Shown one piece after another: positions 1-12,779 of a DNA stretch of 64,000 nucleotides. The position numbers were made by a program, and so were the translations under genes. Under the pieces are notes generated by a model. That model made no database searches, was not told where the DNA came from, and saw only the letters and a list, made by a program, of their open reading frames with translations. This DNA comes from Eledone cirrhosa (taxonomy: Eukaryota). The DNA lies in the NCBI GenBank assembly GCA_964016885.1, contig OZ024743.1:354392001-354456000 (forward strand), read 5' to 3'. Every line of letters begins with the position of its first letter. Positions within the stretch are counted from its first letter, which is position 1.

Positions 1-3000
1 GGTAGAGATTGAGGTTTTTGGGATTCTGGTAATGGTGATGCTGATGATTGTCCTCATGCTGGTTGTTGATGGTGATAGAGATTGAGGTTTTTGTGATTCT
101 GGTAATGGTGATGCTGATGATTGTCCTCATGCTGGTTGTTGTTGGTGGTAGAGATTGAGGTTTTTGTGATCCTGGTAATGGTGATGCTGATGATTGTCCT
201 CATGCTGGTTGTTGTTGGTGGTAGAGATTGAGGTTTTTATGTTTCTGGTAATGGTGATGCTGATGATTGTCCTCATGCTGGTTGTTGTTGGTGGTGGAGA
301 TTGAGGTTGTTGTGATTCTGGTAATGGTGATGCTGATGATTGTCCTCATGCTGGTTGTTGATGGTGATAGTGATTGAGGTCTTTGTGATTCTGGTAATGG
401 TGATGCTGATGATTGTCTTCATGCTGGTTGTCATTGGTGGTAGAGATTGAGTTTTTTGTGATTCGTGTAATGGTGATGCTGATGATTGTCCTCATGCTGG
501 TTGTTGTTGGTGATAGAGATTGAGGTTTTTGTGATTCTGGTAATTGTGATGCTGATGATTGTCCTCATGCTGGTTGTTGTTGGTGGTAGAGATTGAGGTT
601 TTTGTGATTATGGTAAAGGTGATGCTGATGATTGTCTTCATGCTGGTTGTCATTGGTGGTAGAGATTGAGTTTTTTGTGATTCTTGTAATGGTGATGCTG
701 ATGATTGTCCTCATGCTGGTTGTTGTTGGTGGTAGAGATTGAGGTTTTTTGGATTCTGGTAATGGTGATGCTGATGATTGTCCTCATGCTGGTTGTTGAT
801 GGTGATAGAGATTGAGGTTTTTGTGATCCTGGTAATGGTGATGCTGATGATTGTCCTCATACTGGTTGTTGTTGGTGGTACAAATTGAGGTTTTTGTGAT
901 CCTTGTAATGGTGATGCTGATGATTGTCCTCATGCTGGTTGTTGTTGGTGGTAGAGATTGAGGATTTTGTGATCCTGGTAATGGTGATACTGATGATTGT
1001 CCTCATGCTGGTTGTTGTTGGTGGTAGAGATTGAGGTTTTTATGTTTCTGGTAATGGTGATGCTGATGATTGTCTTCATGCTGATTGTTGTTGGTGATAG
1101 AGATTGAGGTCTTTGTGATTCTGGTAATGGTGATGCTGATGATTGTCCTCATGCTGGTTGTTGTTGGTGGTAGAGATTGAGGTTTTTGTGATCCTGGTAA
1201 TGGTGATGCTGATGATTGTCCTCATGCTGGTTGTTGTTGGTGGTAGAGATTGAGGTTTTTGTGATCCTGGTAATGGTGATGCTGATGATTGTCCTCGTGC
1301 TGGTTGTTGTGGGTGGTAGAGATTGAGGTTTTTGTGATTCTGGTAATGGTGATGCTGATGATTGTCCTCATGCAGGTTGTTGTGGGTGGTAGAGATTGAG
1401 GTTTTTGTGATTCTGGTAATGGTGATGCTGATGATTGTCTTCATGCTGGTTGTTGTTGGTGATAGAGATTGAGATCTTTGTGATTCTGGTAATGGTGATG
1501 CTGACGATTGTCCTCATGCTGGTTGTTGTTGGTGGTAGGGATTGAGGTTTTTGTGATTCTGGTAATGGTGATGCTGATGATTGTCCTCATGCTGGTTGTT
1601 GATGGTGATAGAGATTGAGGTTTTTGTGATTCTGGTAATGGTGATGTTGATGATTGTCCTCATGCTGGTTGTTGTTAGTGGTAGGGATTGAGGTCTTTGT
1701 GATTCTGGTAATGGTGATGCTGATGATTGTCTTCATGCTGGTTGTTGTTGGTGATAGAGATTGAGGTTTTTGTGATTCTGGTAATGGTGATGCTGATGAT
1801 TGTCCTCATGCTGGTTGTTGTTGGTGGTAGAGATTGATGTTTTTGTGATTCTGGAAATGGTGATGCTGATGATTGTCTTCATGCTGGTTGTCATTGGTGG
1901 TAGAGATTGAGTTTTTTGTGATTCGTGTAATGGTGATGCTGATGATTGTCCTCATGCTGGTTGTTGTTGGTGGTAGAGATTGAGGTTTTTGTGATTCTGG
2001 TAATGGTGATGCTGATGATTGTCCTCATGCTGGTTGTTGTTGGTGGTAGAGATTGAGGTTTTTGTGATTATGGTAATGGTGATGCTGATGATTGTCTTCA
2101 TGCTGGTTGTCATTGGTGGTAGAGATTGAGGTTTTTGGGATTCTGGTAATTGTGATGCTGATGATTGTCCTCATGCTGGTTGTTGATGGTGATAGAGATT
2201 GAGGTTTTTGTGATTCTGGTAATGGTGATGCTGATGATTGTCCTCATGCTGGTTGTTGTTGGTGGTAGAGATTGAGGTTTTTGTGATACTGGTAATGGTG
2301 ATGCTGATGATTGTCCTCATGCTGGTTGTTGTTGGTGGTAGAGATTGAGGTTTTTATGTTTCTGGTAATGGTGATGCTGATGATTGTCCTCATGCTGGTT
2401 GTTGTTGGTGGTAGAGATTGAGGTTTTTGTGATTCTGGTAATGGTGATGCTGATGATTGTCCTCATGCTGGTTGTCATTGGTGGTAGAGATTGAGGTTTT
2501 TGTGATACTGGTAATGGTGATGCTGATGATTGTCCTCATGCTGGTTGTTGTTGGTGGTAGAGATTGAGGTTTTTATGTTTCTGGTAATGGTGATGCTGAT
2601 GATTGTCCTCATGCTGGTTGTTGTTGGTGGTAGAGATTGAGGTTTTTGTGATACTGGTAATGGTGATGCTGATGATTGTCCTCATGCTGGTTGTTGTTGG
2701 TGGTAGAGATTGAGGTCTTTGTGATTCTGGTAATGGTGATGCTGATGATTGTCCTCATGCTGGTTGTTGTTGGTGGTAGGGATTGAGGTTTTTGTGATTC
2801 TGGTAATGGTGATGCTGATGATTGTCTTCATGCTGGTTGTTGTTGGTGATAGAGATTGAGGTCTTTGTGATTCTGGTAATGGTGATGCTGATGATTGTCC
2901 TCATGCTGGTTGTTGTTGGTGGTAGAGATTGAGGTTTTTGTGATTCTGGTAATGGTGATGCTGATGATTGTCCTCATGCTGGTTGTTGTTGGTGGTAGAG

Positions 3001-3149
3001 ATTGATGTTTTTGTGATTCTGGTAATGGTGATGCTGATGATTGTCTTCATGCTGGTTGTCATTGGTGGTAGAGATTGAGTTTTTTGTGATTCGTGTAATG
3101 GTGATGCTGATGATTGTCCTCATGCTGGTTGTTGTTGGTGATAGAGATT

Positions 3150-4780
3150 GAGGTTTTTGTGATTATGGTAAAGGTGATGCTGATGATTGTCTTCATGCTG
3201 GTTGTCATTGGTGGTAGAGATTGAGTTTTTTGTGATTCTTGTAATGGTGATGCTGATGATTGTCCTCATGCTGGTTGTTGTTGGTGGTAGAGATTGAGGT
3301 TTTTTGGATTCTGGTAATGGTGATGCTGATGATTGTCCTCATGCTGGTTGTTGATGGTGATAGAGATTGAGGTTTTTGTGATCCTGGTAATGGTGATGCT
3401 GATGATTGTCCTCATACTGGTTGTTGTTGGTGGTACAAATTGAGGTTTTTGTGATCCTTGTAATGGTGATGCTGATGATTGTCCTCATGCTGGTTGTTGT
3501 TGGTGGTAGAGATTGAGGTTTTTGTGATCCTGGTAATGGTGATACTGATGATTGTCCTCATGCTGGTTGTTGTTGCTGGTAGAGATTGAGGTTTTTATGT
3601 TTCTGGTAATGGTGATGCTGATGATTGTCTTCATGCTGATTGTTGTTGGTGATAGAGATTGAGGTCTTTGTGATTCTGGTAATGGTGATGCTGATGATTG
3701 TCCTCATGCTGGTTGTTGTTGGTGGTAGAGATTGAGGTTTTTGTGATCCTGGTAATGGTGATGCTGATGATTGTCCTCATGCTGGTTGTTGTTGGTGGTA
3801 GAGATTGAGGTTTTTGTGATCCTGGTAATGGTGATGCTTATGATTGTCCTCATGCTGGTTGTTGTTGGTGGTAGAGATTGAGGTTTTTGTGATCCTGGTA
3901 ATGGTGATGCTGATGATTGTCCTCTTGCTGGTTGTTGTTGGTGGTAGAGATTGAGGTTTTTGTGTTTCTGGTAATGGTGATGCTGATGATTGCCTTCATG
4001 CTGGTTGTTGTTGGTGGTAGAGATTGAGGTTTTTGTGATCCTGGTAATGGTGATGCTGATGATTGTCCTCATGCTGGTTGTTGCTGGTGGTAGAGATTGA
4101 GGTTTTTGTGATTCTGGTAATGGTGATGCTGATGATTGTCCTCATGCTGGTTGTTGTTGGTGGTAGAGATTGAGGTTTTTGTGTTTCTGGTAATGGTGAT
4201 GCTGATGATTGTCTTGATGCTGGTTGTTGTTGGTGATAGATATTGAGGTCTTTGTGATTCTGGTAATGGTGTTGCTGATGATTGTCCTCATGCTGGTTGT
4301 TGTTGGTGGTAGAGATTGAGGTTTTTGTGATTCTGGTAATGGTGATGCTGATGATTGCCTTCATGCTGGTTGTTGTTGGTGGTAGAGATTGAGGTCTTTG
4401 TGATTCTGGTAATGGTGATGCTGATGATTGTCCTCATGCTGGTTGTTGTTGGTGGTAGAGATTGAGGTCTTTGTGATTCTGGTAATGGTGATGCTGATGA
4501 TTGTCCTCATGCTGGTTGTTGTTGGTGGTAGAGATTGAGGTTTTGTGATCCTGGTAATGGTGATGCTGATGATTGTCTTCATGCTGGTTGTTGTTGGTGG
4601 TAGAGATTGAGGTTTTTGTGATTCTGGTAATGGTGATGCTGATGATTGTCCTCATGCTGGTGTTGTTGGTGGTAGAGATTGAGGTTTTTGTGATTCTGGT
4701 AATGGTGATGCTGATGATTGTCCTCATGCTGGTTGTTGATGGTGATAGAGATTGAGGTTTTTGTGATTCTGGTAATGGTG
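3150..4780. repeat. Block duplicated at 6725-8355 (offset 3575 = 49 monomers - 2 bp)
   Basis: ORF-track pairs 3704/7279, 3996/7571, 4361/7936, 4434/8009 and 4579/8154 all differ by 3575. The C of marker GGTACAAATT is at 3436 and 7011. Confidence 0.9.
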
Positions 4781-6724
4781 ATGTTGATGATTGTCCTCAT
4801 GCTGGTTGTTGTTAGTGGTAGGGATTGAGGTCTTTGTGATTCTGGTAATGGTGATGCTGATGATTGTCTTCATGCTGGTTGTTGTTGGTGATAGAGATTG
4901 AGGTTATTGTGATTCTGGTAATGGTGATGCTGATGATTGTCCTCATGCTGGTTGTTGTTGGTGGTAGAGATTGATGTTTTTGTGATTCTGGAAATGGTGA
5001 TGCTGATGATTGTCTTCATGCTGGTTGTCATTGGTGGTAGAGATTGAGTTTTTTGTGATTCGTGTAATGGTGATGCTGATGATTGTCCTCATGCTGGTTG
5101 TTGTTGGTGATAGAGATTGAGGTTTTTGTGATTCTGGTAATGGTGATGCTGATGATTGTCCTCATGCTGGTTGTTGTTGGTGGTAGAGATTGAGGTTTTT
5201 GTGATTATGGTAATGGTGATGCTGATGATTGTCTTCATGCTGGTTGTCATTGGAGGTAGAGATTGAGGTTTTTGGGATTCTGGTAATGGTGATGCTGATG
5301 ATTGTCCTCATGCTGGTTGTTGATGGTGATAGAGATTGAGGTTTTTGTGATTCTGGTAATGGTGATGCTGATGATTGTCCTCATGCTGGTTGTTGTTGGT
5401 GGTAGAGATTGAGGTTTTTGTGATCCTGGTAATGGTGATGCTGATGATTGTCCTCATGCTGGTTGTTGTTGGTGGTAGAGATTGAGGTTTTTATGTTTCT
5501 GGTAATGGTGATGCTGATGATTGTCCTCATGCTGGTTGTTGTTGGTGGTAGAGATTGAGGTTTTTGTGATCCTGGTAATGGTGATGCTGATGATTGTCCT
5601 CATGCTGGTTGTTGTTGGTGGTAGAGATTGAGGTTTTTGTGATTCTGGTAATGGTGATGCTGATGATTGTCCTCATGCTGGTTGTTGATGGTGATAGTGA
5701 TTGAGGTCTTTGTGATTCTGGTAATGGTGATGCTGATGATTGTCCTCATGCTGGTTGTTGTTGGTGGTAGGGATTGAGGTTTTTATGTTTCTGGTAATGG
5801 TGATGCTGATGATTGTCCTCATGCTGGTTGTTGTTGGTGGTAGAGATTGAGGTTTTTGTGATTCTGGTAATGGTGATGCTGATGATTGTCCTCATGCTGG
5901 TTGTTGATGGTGATAGTGATTGAGGTCTTTGTGATTCTGGTAATGGTGATGCTGATGATTGTCCTCATGCTGGTTGTTGTTGGTGGTAGGGATTGAGGTT
6001 TTTATGTTTCTGGTAATGGTGATGCTGATGATTGTCCTCATGCTGGTTGTTGTTGGTGGTAGAGATTGAGGTTTTTATGTTTCTGGTAATGGTGATGCTG
6101 ATGATTGTCCTCATGCTGGTTGTTGTTGGTGGTAGAGATTGAGGTTTTTGTGATTCTGGTAATGGTGATGCTGATGATTGTCCTCATGCTGGTTGTTGAT
6201 GGTGATAGTGATTGAGGTCTTTGTGATTCTGGTAATGGTGATGCTGATGATTGTCCTCATGCTGGTTGTTGTTGGTGGTAGGGATTGAGGTTTTTGTGAT
6301 TCTGGTAATGGTGATGCTGATGATTGTCTTCATGCTGGTTGTTGTTGGTGATAGAGATTGAGGTCTTTGTGATTCTGGTAATGGTGATGCTGATGATTGT
6401 CCTCATGCTGGTTGTTGTTGGTGGTAGAGATTGAGGTTTTTGTGATTCTGGTAATGGTGATGCTGATGATTGTCCTCATGCTGGTTGTTGTTGGTGGTAG
6501 AGATTGATGTTTTTGTGATTCTGGTAATGGTGATGCTGATGATTGTCTTCATGCTGGTTGTCATTGGTGGTAGAGATTGAGTTTTTTGTGATTCGTGTAA
6601 TGGTGATGCTGATGATTGTCCTCATGCTGGTTGTTGTTGGTGATAGAGATTGAGGTTTTTGTGATTCTGGTAATTGTGATGCTGATGATTGTCCTCATGC
6701 TGGTTGTTGTTGGTGGTAGAGATT

Positions 6725-8355
6725 GAGGTTTTTGTGATTATGGTAAAGGTGATGCTGATGATTGTCTTCATGCTGGTTGTCATTGGTGGTAGAGATTGAG
6801 TTTTTTGTGATTCTTGTAATGGTGATGCTGATGATTGTCCTCATGCTGGTTGTTGTTGGTGGTAGAGATTGAGGTTTTTTGGATTCTGGTAATGGTGATG
6901 CTGATGATTGTCCTCATGCTGGTTGTTGATGGTGATAGAGATTGAGGTTTTTGTGATCCTGGTAATGGTGATGCTGATGATTGTCCTCATACTGGTTGTT
7001 GTTGGTGGTACAAATTGAGGTTTTTGTGATCCTTGTAATGGTGATGCTGATGATTGTCCTCATGCTGGTTGTTGTTGGTGGTAGAGATTGAGGTTTTTGT
7101 GATCCTGGTAATGGTGATACTGATGATTGTCCTCATGCTGGTTGTTGTTGCTGGTAGAGATTGAGGTTTTTATGTTTCTGGTAATGGTGATGCTGATGAT
7201 TGTCTTCATGCTGATTGTTGTTGGTGATAGAGATTGAGGTCTTTGTGATTCTGGTAATGGTGATGCTGATGATTGTCCTCATGCTGGTTGTTGTTGGTGG
7301 TAGAGATTGAGGTTTTTGTGATCCTGGTAATGGTGATGCTGATGATTGTCCTCATGCTGGTTGTTGTTGGTGGTAGAGATTGAGGTTTTTGTGATCCTGG
7401 TAATGGTGATGCTTATGATTGTCCTCATGCTGGTTGTTGTTGGTGGTAGAGATTGAGGTTTTTGTGATCCTGGTAATGGTGATGCTGATGATTGTCCTCT
7501 TGCTGGTTGTTGTTGGTGGTAGAGATTGAGGTTTTTGTGTTTCTGGTAATGGTGATGCTGATGATTGCCTTCATGCTGGTTGTTGTTGGTGGTAGAGATT
7601 GAGGTTTTTGTGATCCTGGTAATGGTGATACTGATGATTGTCCTCATGCTGGTTGTTGCTGGTGGTAGAGATTGAGGTTTTTGTGATTCTGGTAATGGTG
7701 ATGCTGATGATTGTCCTCATGCTGGTTGTTGTTGGTGGTAGAGATTGAGGTTTTTGTGTTTCTGGTAATGGTGATGCTGATGATTGTCTTGATGCTGGTT
7801 GTTGTTGGTGATAGATATTGAGGTCTTTGTGATTCTGGTAATGGTGTTGCTGATGATTGTCCTCATGCTGGTTGTTGTTGGTGGTAGAGATTGAGGTTTT
7901 TGTGATTCTGGTAATGGTGATGCTGATGATTGCCTTCATGCTGGTTGTTGTTGGTGGTAGAGATTGAGGTCTTTGTGATTCTGGTAATGGTGATGCTGAT
8001 GATTGTCCTCATGCTGGTTGTTGTTGGTGGTAGAGATTGAGGTCTTTGTGATTCTGGTAATGGTGATGCTGATGATTGTCCTCATGCTGGTTGTTGTTGG
8101 TGGTAGAGATTGAGGTTTTGTGATCCTGGTAATGGTGATGCTGATGATTGTCTTCATGCTGGTTGTTGTTGGTGGTAGAGATTGAGGTTTTTGTGATTCT
8201 GGTAATGGTGATGCTGATGATTGTCCTCATGCTGGTGTTGTTGGTGGTAGAGATTGAGGTTTTTGTGATTCTGGTAATGGTGATGCTGATGATTGTCCTC
8301 ATGCTGGTTGTTGATGGTGATAGAGATTGAGGTTTTTGTGATTCTGGTAATGGTG
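6725..8355. repeat. Second copy of the 3150-4780 block
   Basis: Same ordered rare variants (TATGGTAAAGG, GGTACAAATT, GCTTATGATT, CTTGATG, GATATTGAGG, two 72-bp monomers) at +3575. Confidence 0.9.
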
Positions 8356-9800
8356 ATGCTGATGATTGTCCTCATGCTGGTTGTTGTTGGTGGTAGAGAT
8401 TGAGGTTTTTGTGATTCTGGTAATGGTGATGCTGATGATTGTCTTCATGCTGGTTGTCATTGGTGGTAGAGATTGAGTTTTTTGTGATTCGTGTAATGGT
8501 GATGCTGATGATTGTCCTCATGCTGGTTGTTGTTGGTGATAGGGATTGAGGTTTTTGTGATTCTGGTAATGGTGATGCTGATAATTGTCCTCATGCTGGT
8601 TGTTGTTGGTGGTAGAGATTGAGGTTTTTATGTTTCTGGTAATAGTGATGCTGATGATTGTCTTCATGCTGGTCGTTTTTGGTGATAGAGATTGAGGTCT
8701 TTGTGATTCTGGTAATGGTGATGCTGATGATTGTCCTCATGCTGGTTGTTGTTGGTGGTAGAGATTGAGGTTTTTGTGATCCTGGTAATGGTGATGGTGA
8801 TGATTGTCCTCATGCTGGTTGTTGTTGGTGGTAGAGATTGAGGTTTTTGTGATCCTGGTAATGGTGATGCTGATGATTGTCCTCATGCTGGTTGTTGTTG
8901 GTGGTAGAGATTGAGGTCTTTGTGATTCTGGTAATGGTGATGCTGATGATTGTCCTCTTGCTGGTTGTTGTTGGTGGTAGAGATTGAGGTTTTTGTGATC
9001 CTGGTAATGGTGATGCTGATGATTGTCTTCATGCTGGTTGTTGTTGGTGGTAGAGATTGGGGTTTTTGTGATTCTGGTAATGGTGATGCTGATGATTGAC
9101 CTCATGCTGGTGTTGTTGGTGGTAGAGATTGAGGTTTTTGTGATTCTGGTAATGGTTATGCTGATGATTGTCCTCATGCTGGTTGTTGATGGTGATAGAG
9201 ATTGAGGTTTTTGTGATTCTGGTAATGGTGATGCTGACGATTGTCCTCATGCTGGTTGTTGTTGGTGGTAGAGATTGAGGTTTTTGTGATTCTGGTAATG
9301 GTGATGCTGATGATTGTCTTCATGCTGGTTGTTGTTGGTGATAGAGATTGAGGTTTTTGTGATTCTGGTAATGGTGATGCTGATGATTGTCCTCATGCTG
9401 GTTGTTGTTGGTGGTAGAGATTGAGGTTTTTGTGATTCTGGTAATGGTGATGCTGATGATTGTCTTCATGCTGGTTGTCATTGGTGGTAGAGATTGAGTT
9501 TTTTGTGATTCGTGTAATGGTGATGCTGATGATTGTCCTCATGCTGGTTGTTGCTGGTGGTAGAGATTGAGGTTTTTGTGATTATGGTAATGGTGATGCT
9601 GATGATTGTCTTCATGCTGGTTGTCATTGGTGGTAGAGATTGAGTTTTTTGTGATTCTTGTAATGGTGATGCTGATGATTGTCCTCATGCTGGTTGTTGT
9701 TGGTGGTAGAGATTGAGGTTTTTGGGATTCTGGTAATGGTGATGCTTATGATTGTCCTCATGCTGGTTGTTGATGGTGATAGAGATTGAGGTTTTGGGGA

Positions 9801-9860
9801 TTCTGGTAATGGTGATGCTGATGATTTATGCTTCTGGTAATGGTGATGCTTATGATTGTC
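9801..9860. other. Truncated 31-bp unit (42-bp deletion fusing two monomers)
   Basis: TTCTGGTAAT starts at 9801 and again at 9832. The junction reads GCTGATGATT|TATGCTTCTGG. Confidence 0.9.
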
Positions 9861-12779
9861 TTCATACTGGTTGTTGTTGGTGATAGAGATTGAGGTCTTT
9901 GTGATTCTGGTAATGGTGATGCTGCGATTGTCCTCATGCTGGTTGTTGTTGGTGGTAGAGATTGAGGTTTTTGTGAGCCTGGTAATGGTGATGGTGATGA
10001 TTGTCCTCATGCTGGTTGTTGTTGGTGGTAGAGATTGAGGTTTTTGTGATTATGGTAATGGTGATGCTGATGATTGTCTTCATGCTGGTTGTTGTTGGTG
10101 GTAGAGATTGAGGTTTTTGTGATTCTGGTAATGGTGATGCTGATGATTGTCTTCATGCTGGTTGTTGTTGGTGGTAGAGATTGAGGCTTTTGTGATTCTG
10201 GTAATGGTGATGCTGATGATTGTCCTCATGCTGGTTGTTGTTGGTGGTAGAGATTGAGGTTTTTGTGATTCTGGTAATGGTGATGCTGATGATTGTCCTC
10301 ATGCTGGTTGTTGTTGGTGGTAGAGATTGAGGTTTTTGTGATTCTGGTAATGGTGATGCTGATGATTGTCTTCATGCTGGTTGTTGTTGGTGGTAGAGAT
10401 TGAGGTTTTTGTGATCCTGGTAATGGTGATGCTGATGATTGTCCTCTTGCTGGTTGTTGTTGGTGGTAGAGATTGAGGTTTTTGTGATCCTGGTAATGGT
10501 GATGCTGATGATTGTCCTCATGCTGGTTGTTGTTGGTGGTAGAGATTGAGGTTTTTGTGATCCTGGTAATGGTGATGCTGATGATTGTCCTCATGCTGGT
10601 TGTTGTTGGTGGTAGAGATTGAGGTTTTTGTGATTATGGTAATGGTGATGCTGATGATTGTCTTCATGCTGGTTGTCACTGGTGGTAGAGATTGAGGTTT
10701 TTGTGATCCTGGTAATGGTGATGCTGATGATTGTCCTCATACTGGTTGTTGTTGGTGGTAGAGATTGAGGTTTTTGTGATCCTGGTAATGGTTATGCTGA
10801 TGATTGTCCTCATGCTGGTTGTTGTTGGTGGTAGAGATTGAGGTTTTGTGATCCTGGTAATGGTGATGCTGATGATTGTCCTCATGCTGGTTGTTGTTGG
10901 TGGTAGAGATTGAGGTTTTTATGTTTCTGGTAATAGTGATGCTGATGATTGTCTTCATGCTGGTTGTTGTTGGTGATAGAGATTAAGGTCTTTGTGATTC
11001 TGGTAATGGTGATGCTGATGATTGTCCTCATGCTGGTTGTTGTTGGTGGTAGAGATTGAGGTTTTTGTGATCCTGGTAATGGTGATGGTGATGATTGTCC
11101 TCATGCTGGTTGTTGTTGGTGGTAGAGATTGAGGTTTTTGTGATCCTGGTAATGGTGATGCTGATGATTGTCCTCATGCTGGTTGTTGTTGGTGGTAGAG
11201 ATTGAGGTTTTTGTGATCCTGGTAATGGTGATGCTGATGATTGTCCTCTTGCTGGTTGCTGTTGGTGGTAGAGATTGAGGTTTTTGTGATCCTGGTAATG
11301 GTGATGCTGATGATTGTCCTCATGCTGGTTGTTGTTGGTGGTAGAGATTGAGGTTTTTGTGATCCTGGTAATGGTGATGCTGATGATTGTCCTCATGCTG
11401 GTTGTTGTTGGTGGTAGAGATTGAGGTTTTTGTGATACTGGTAATGGTGATGGTGATGATTGTCCTCATGCTGGTTGTTGTTGGTGGTAGAGATTCAGGT
11501 TTTTGTGATTCTGGTAATGGTGATGCTGATGATTGTCCTCATGCTGGTGTTGTTGGTGGTAGAGATTGAGGTTTTTGTGATTCTGGTAATGGTGATGCTG
11601 ATGATTGTCCTCATGCTGGTTGTTGATGGTGATAGAGATTGTCGTTTTTGTGATTCTGGTAATGGTGATGCTGATGATTGTCCTCATGCTGGTTGTTGTT
11701 GGTGGTAGAGATTGAGGTCTTTGTGATTCTGGTAATGGTTATGCTGATGATTGTCTTCATGCTGGTTGTTGTTGGTGATAGAGATTGAGGTTTTTGTGAT
11801 TCTGGTAATGGTGATGCTGATGATTGTCCTCATGCTGGTTGTTGTTGGTGGTAGAGATTGAGGTTTTTGTGATTCTGGTAATGGTGATGCTGATGATTGT
11901 CTTCATGCTGGTTGTCATTGGTGGTAGAGATTGAGTTTTTTGTGATTCGTGTAATGGTGATGCTGATGATTGTCCTCATGCTGGTTGTTGTTGGTGATAG
12001 AGATTGAGGTTTTTGTGATTCTGGTAATGGTGATGCTGATGATTGTCTTCATGCTGGTTGTCACTGGTGGTAGAGATTGAGTTTTTTGTGATTCTTGTAA
12101 TGGTGATGCTGATGATTGTCCTCATGCTGGTTGTTGTTGGTGGTAGAGATTGAGGTTTTTGTGATCCTGGTAATGGTGATGCTGATGATTGTCCTCTTGC
12201 TGGTTGCTGTTGGTGGTAGAGATTGAGGTTTTTGTGATCCTGGTAATGGTGATGCTGATGATTGTCCTCATGCTGGTTGTTGTTGGTGGTAGAGATTGAG
12301 GTTTTTGTGATCCTGGTAATGGTGATGCTGATGATTGTCCTCATGCTGGTTGTTGTTGGTGGTAGAGATTGAGGTCTTTGTGATTCTGGTAATGGTTATG
12401 CTGATGATTGTCTTCATGCTGGTTGTTGTTGGTGATAGAGATTGAGGTTTTTGTGATTCTGGTAATGGTGATGCTGATGATTGTCCTCATGCTGGTTGTT
12501 GTTGGTGGTAGTGATTGAGGTTTTTGTGATTCTGGTAATGGTGATGCTGATGATTGTCTTCATGCTGGTTGTCATTGGTGGTAGAGATTGAGTTTTTTGT
12601 GATTCGTGTAATGGTGATGCTGATGATTGTCCTCATGCTGGTTGTTGTTGGTGATAGAGATTGAGGTTTTTGTGATTCTGGTAATGGTGATGCTGATGAT
12701 TGTCTTCATGCTGGTTGTCATTGGTGGTAGAGATTGAGTTTTTTGTGATTCTTGTAATGGTGATGCTGATGATTGTCCT

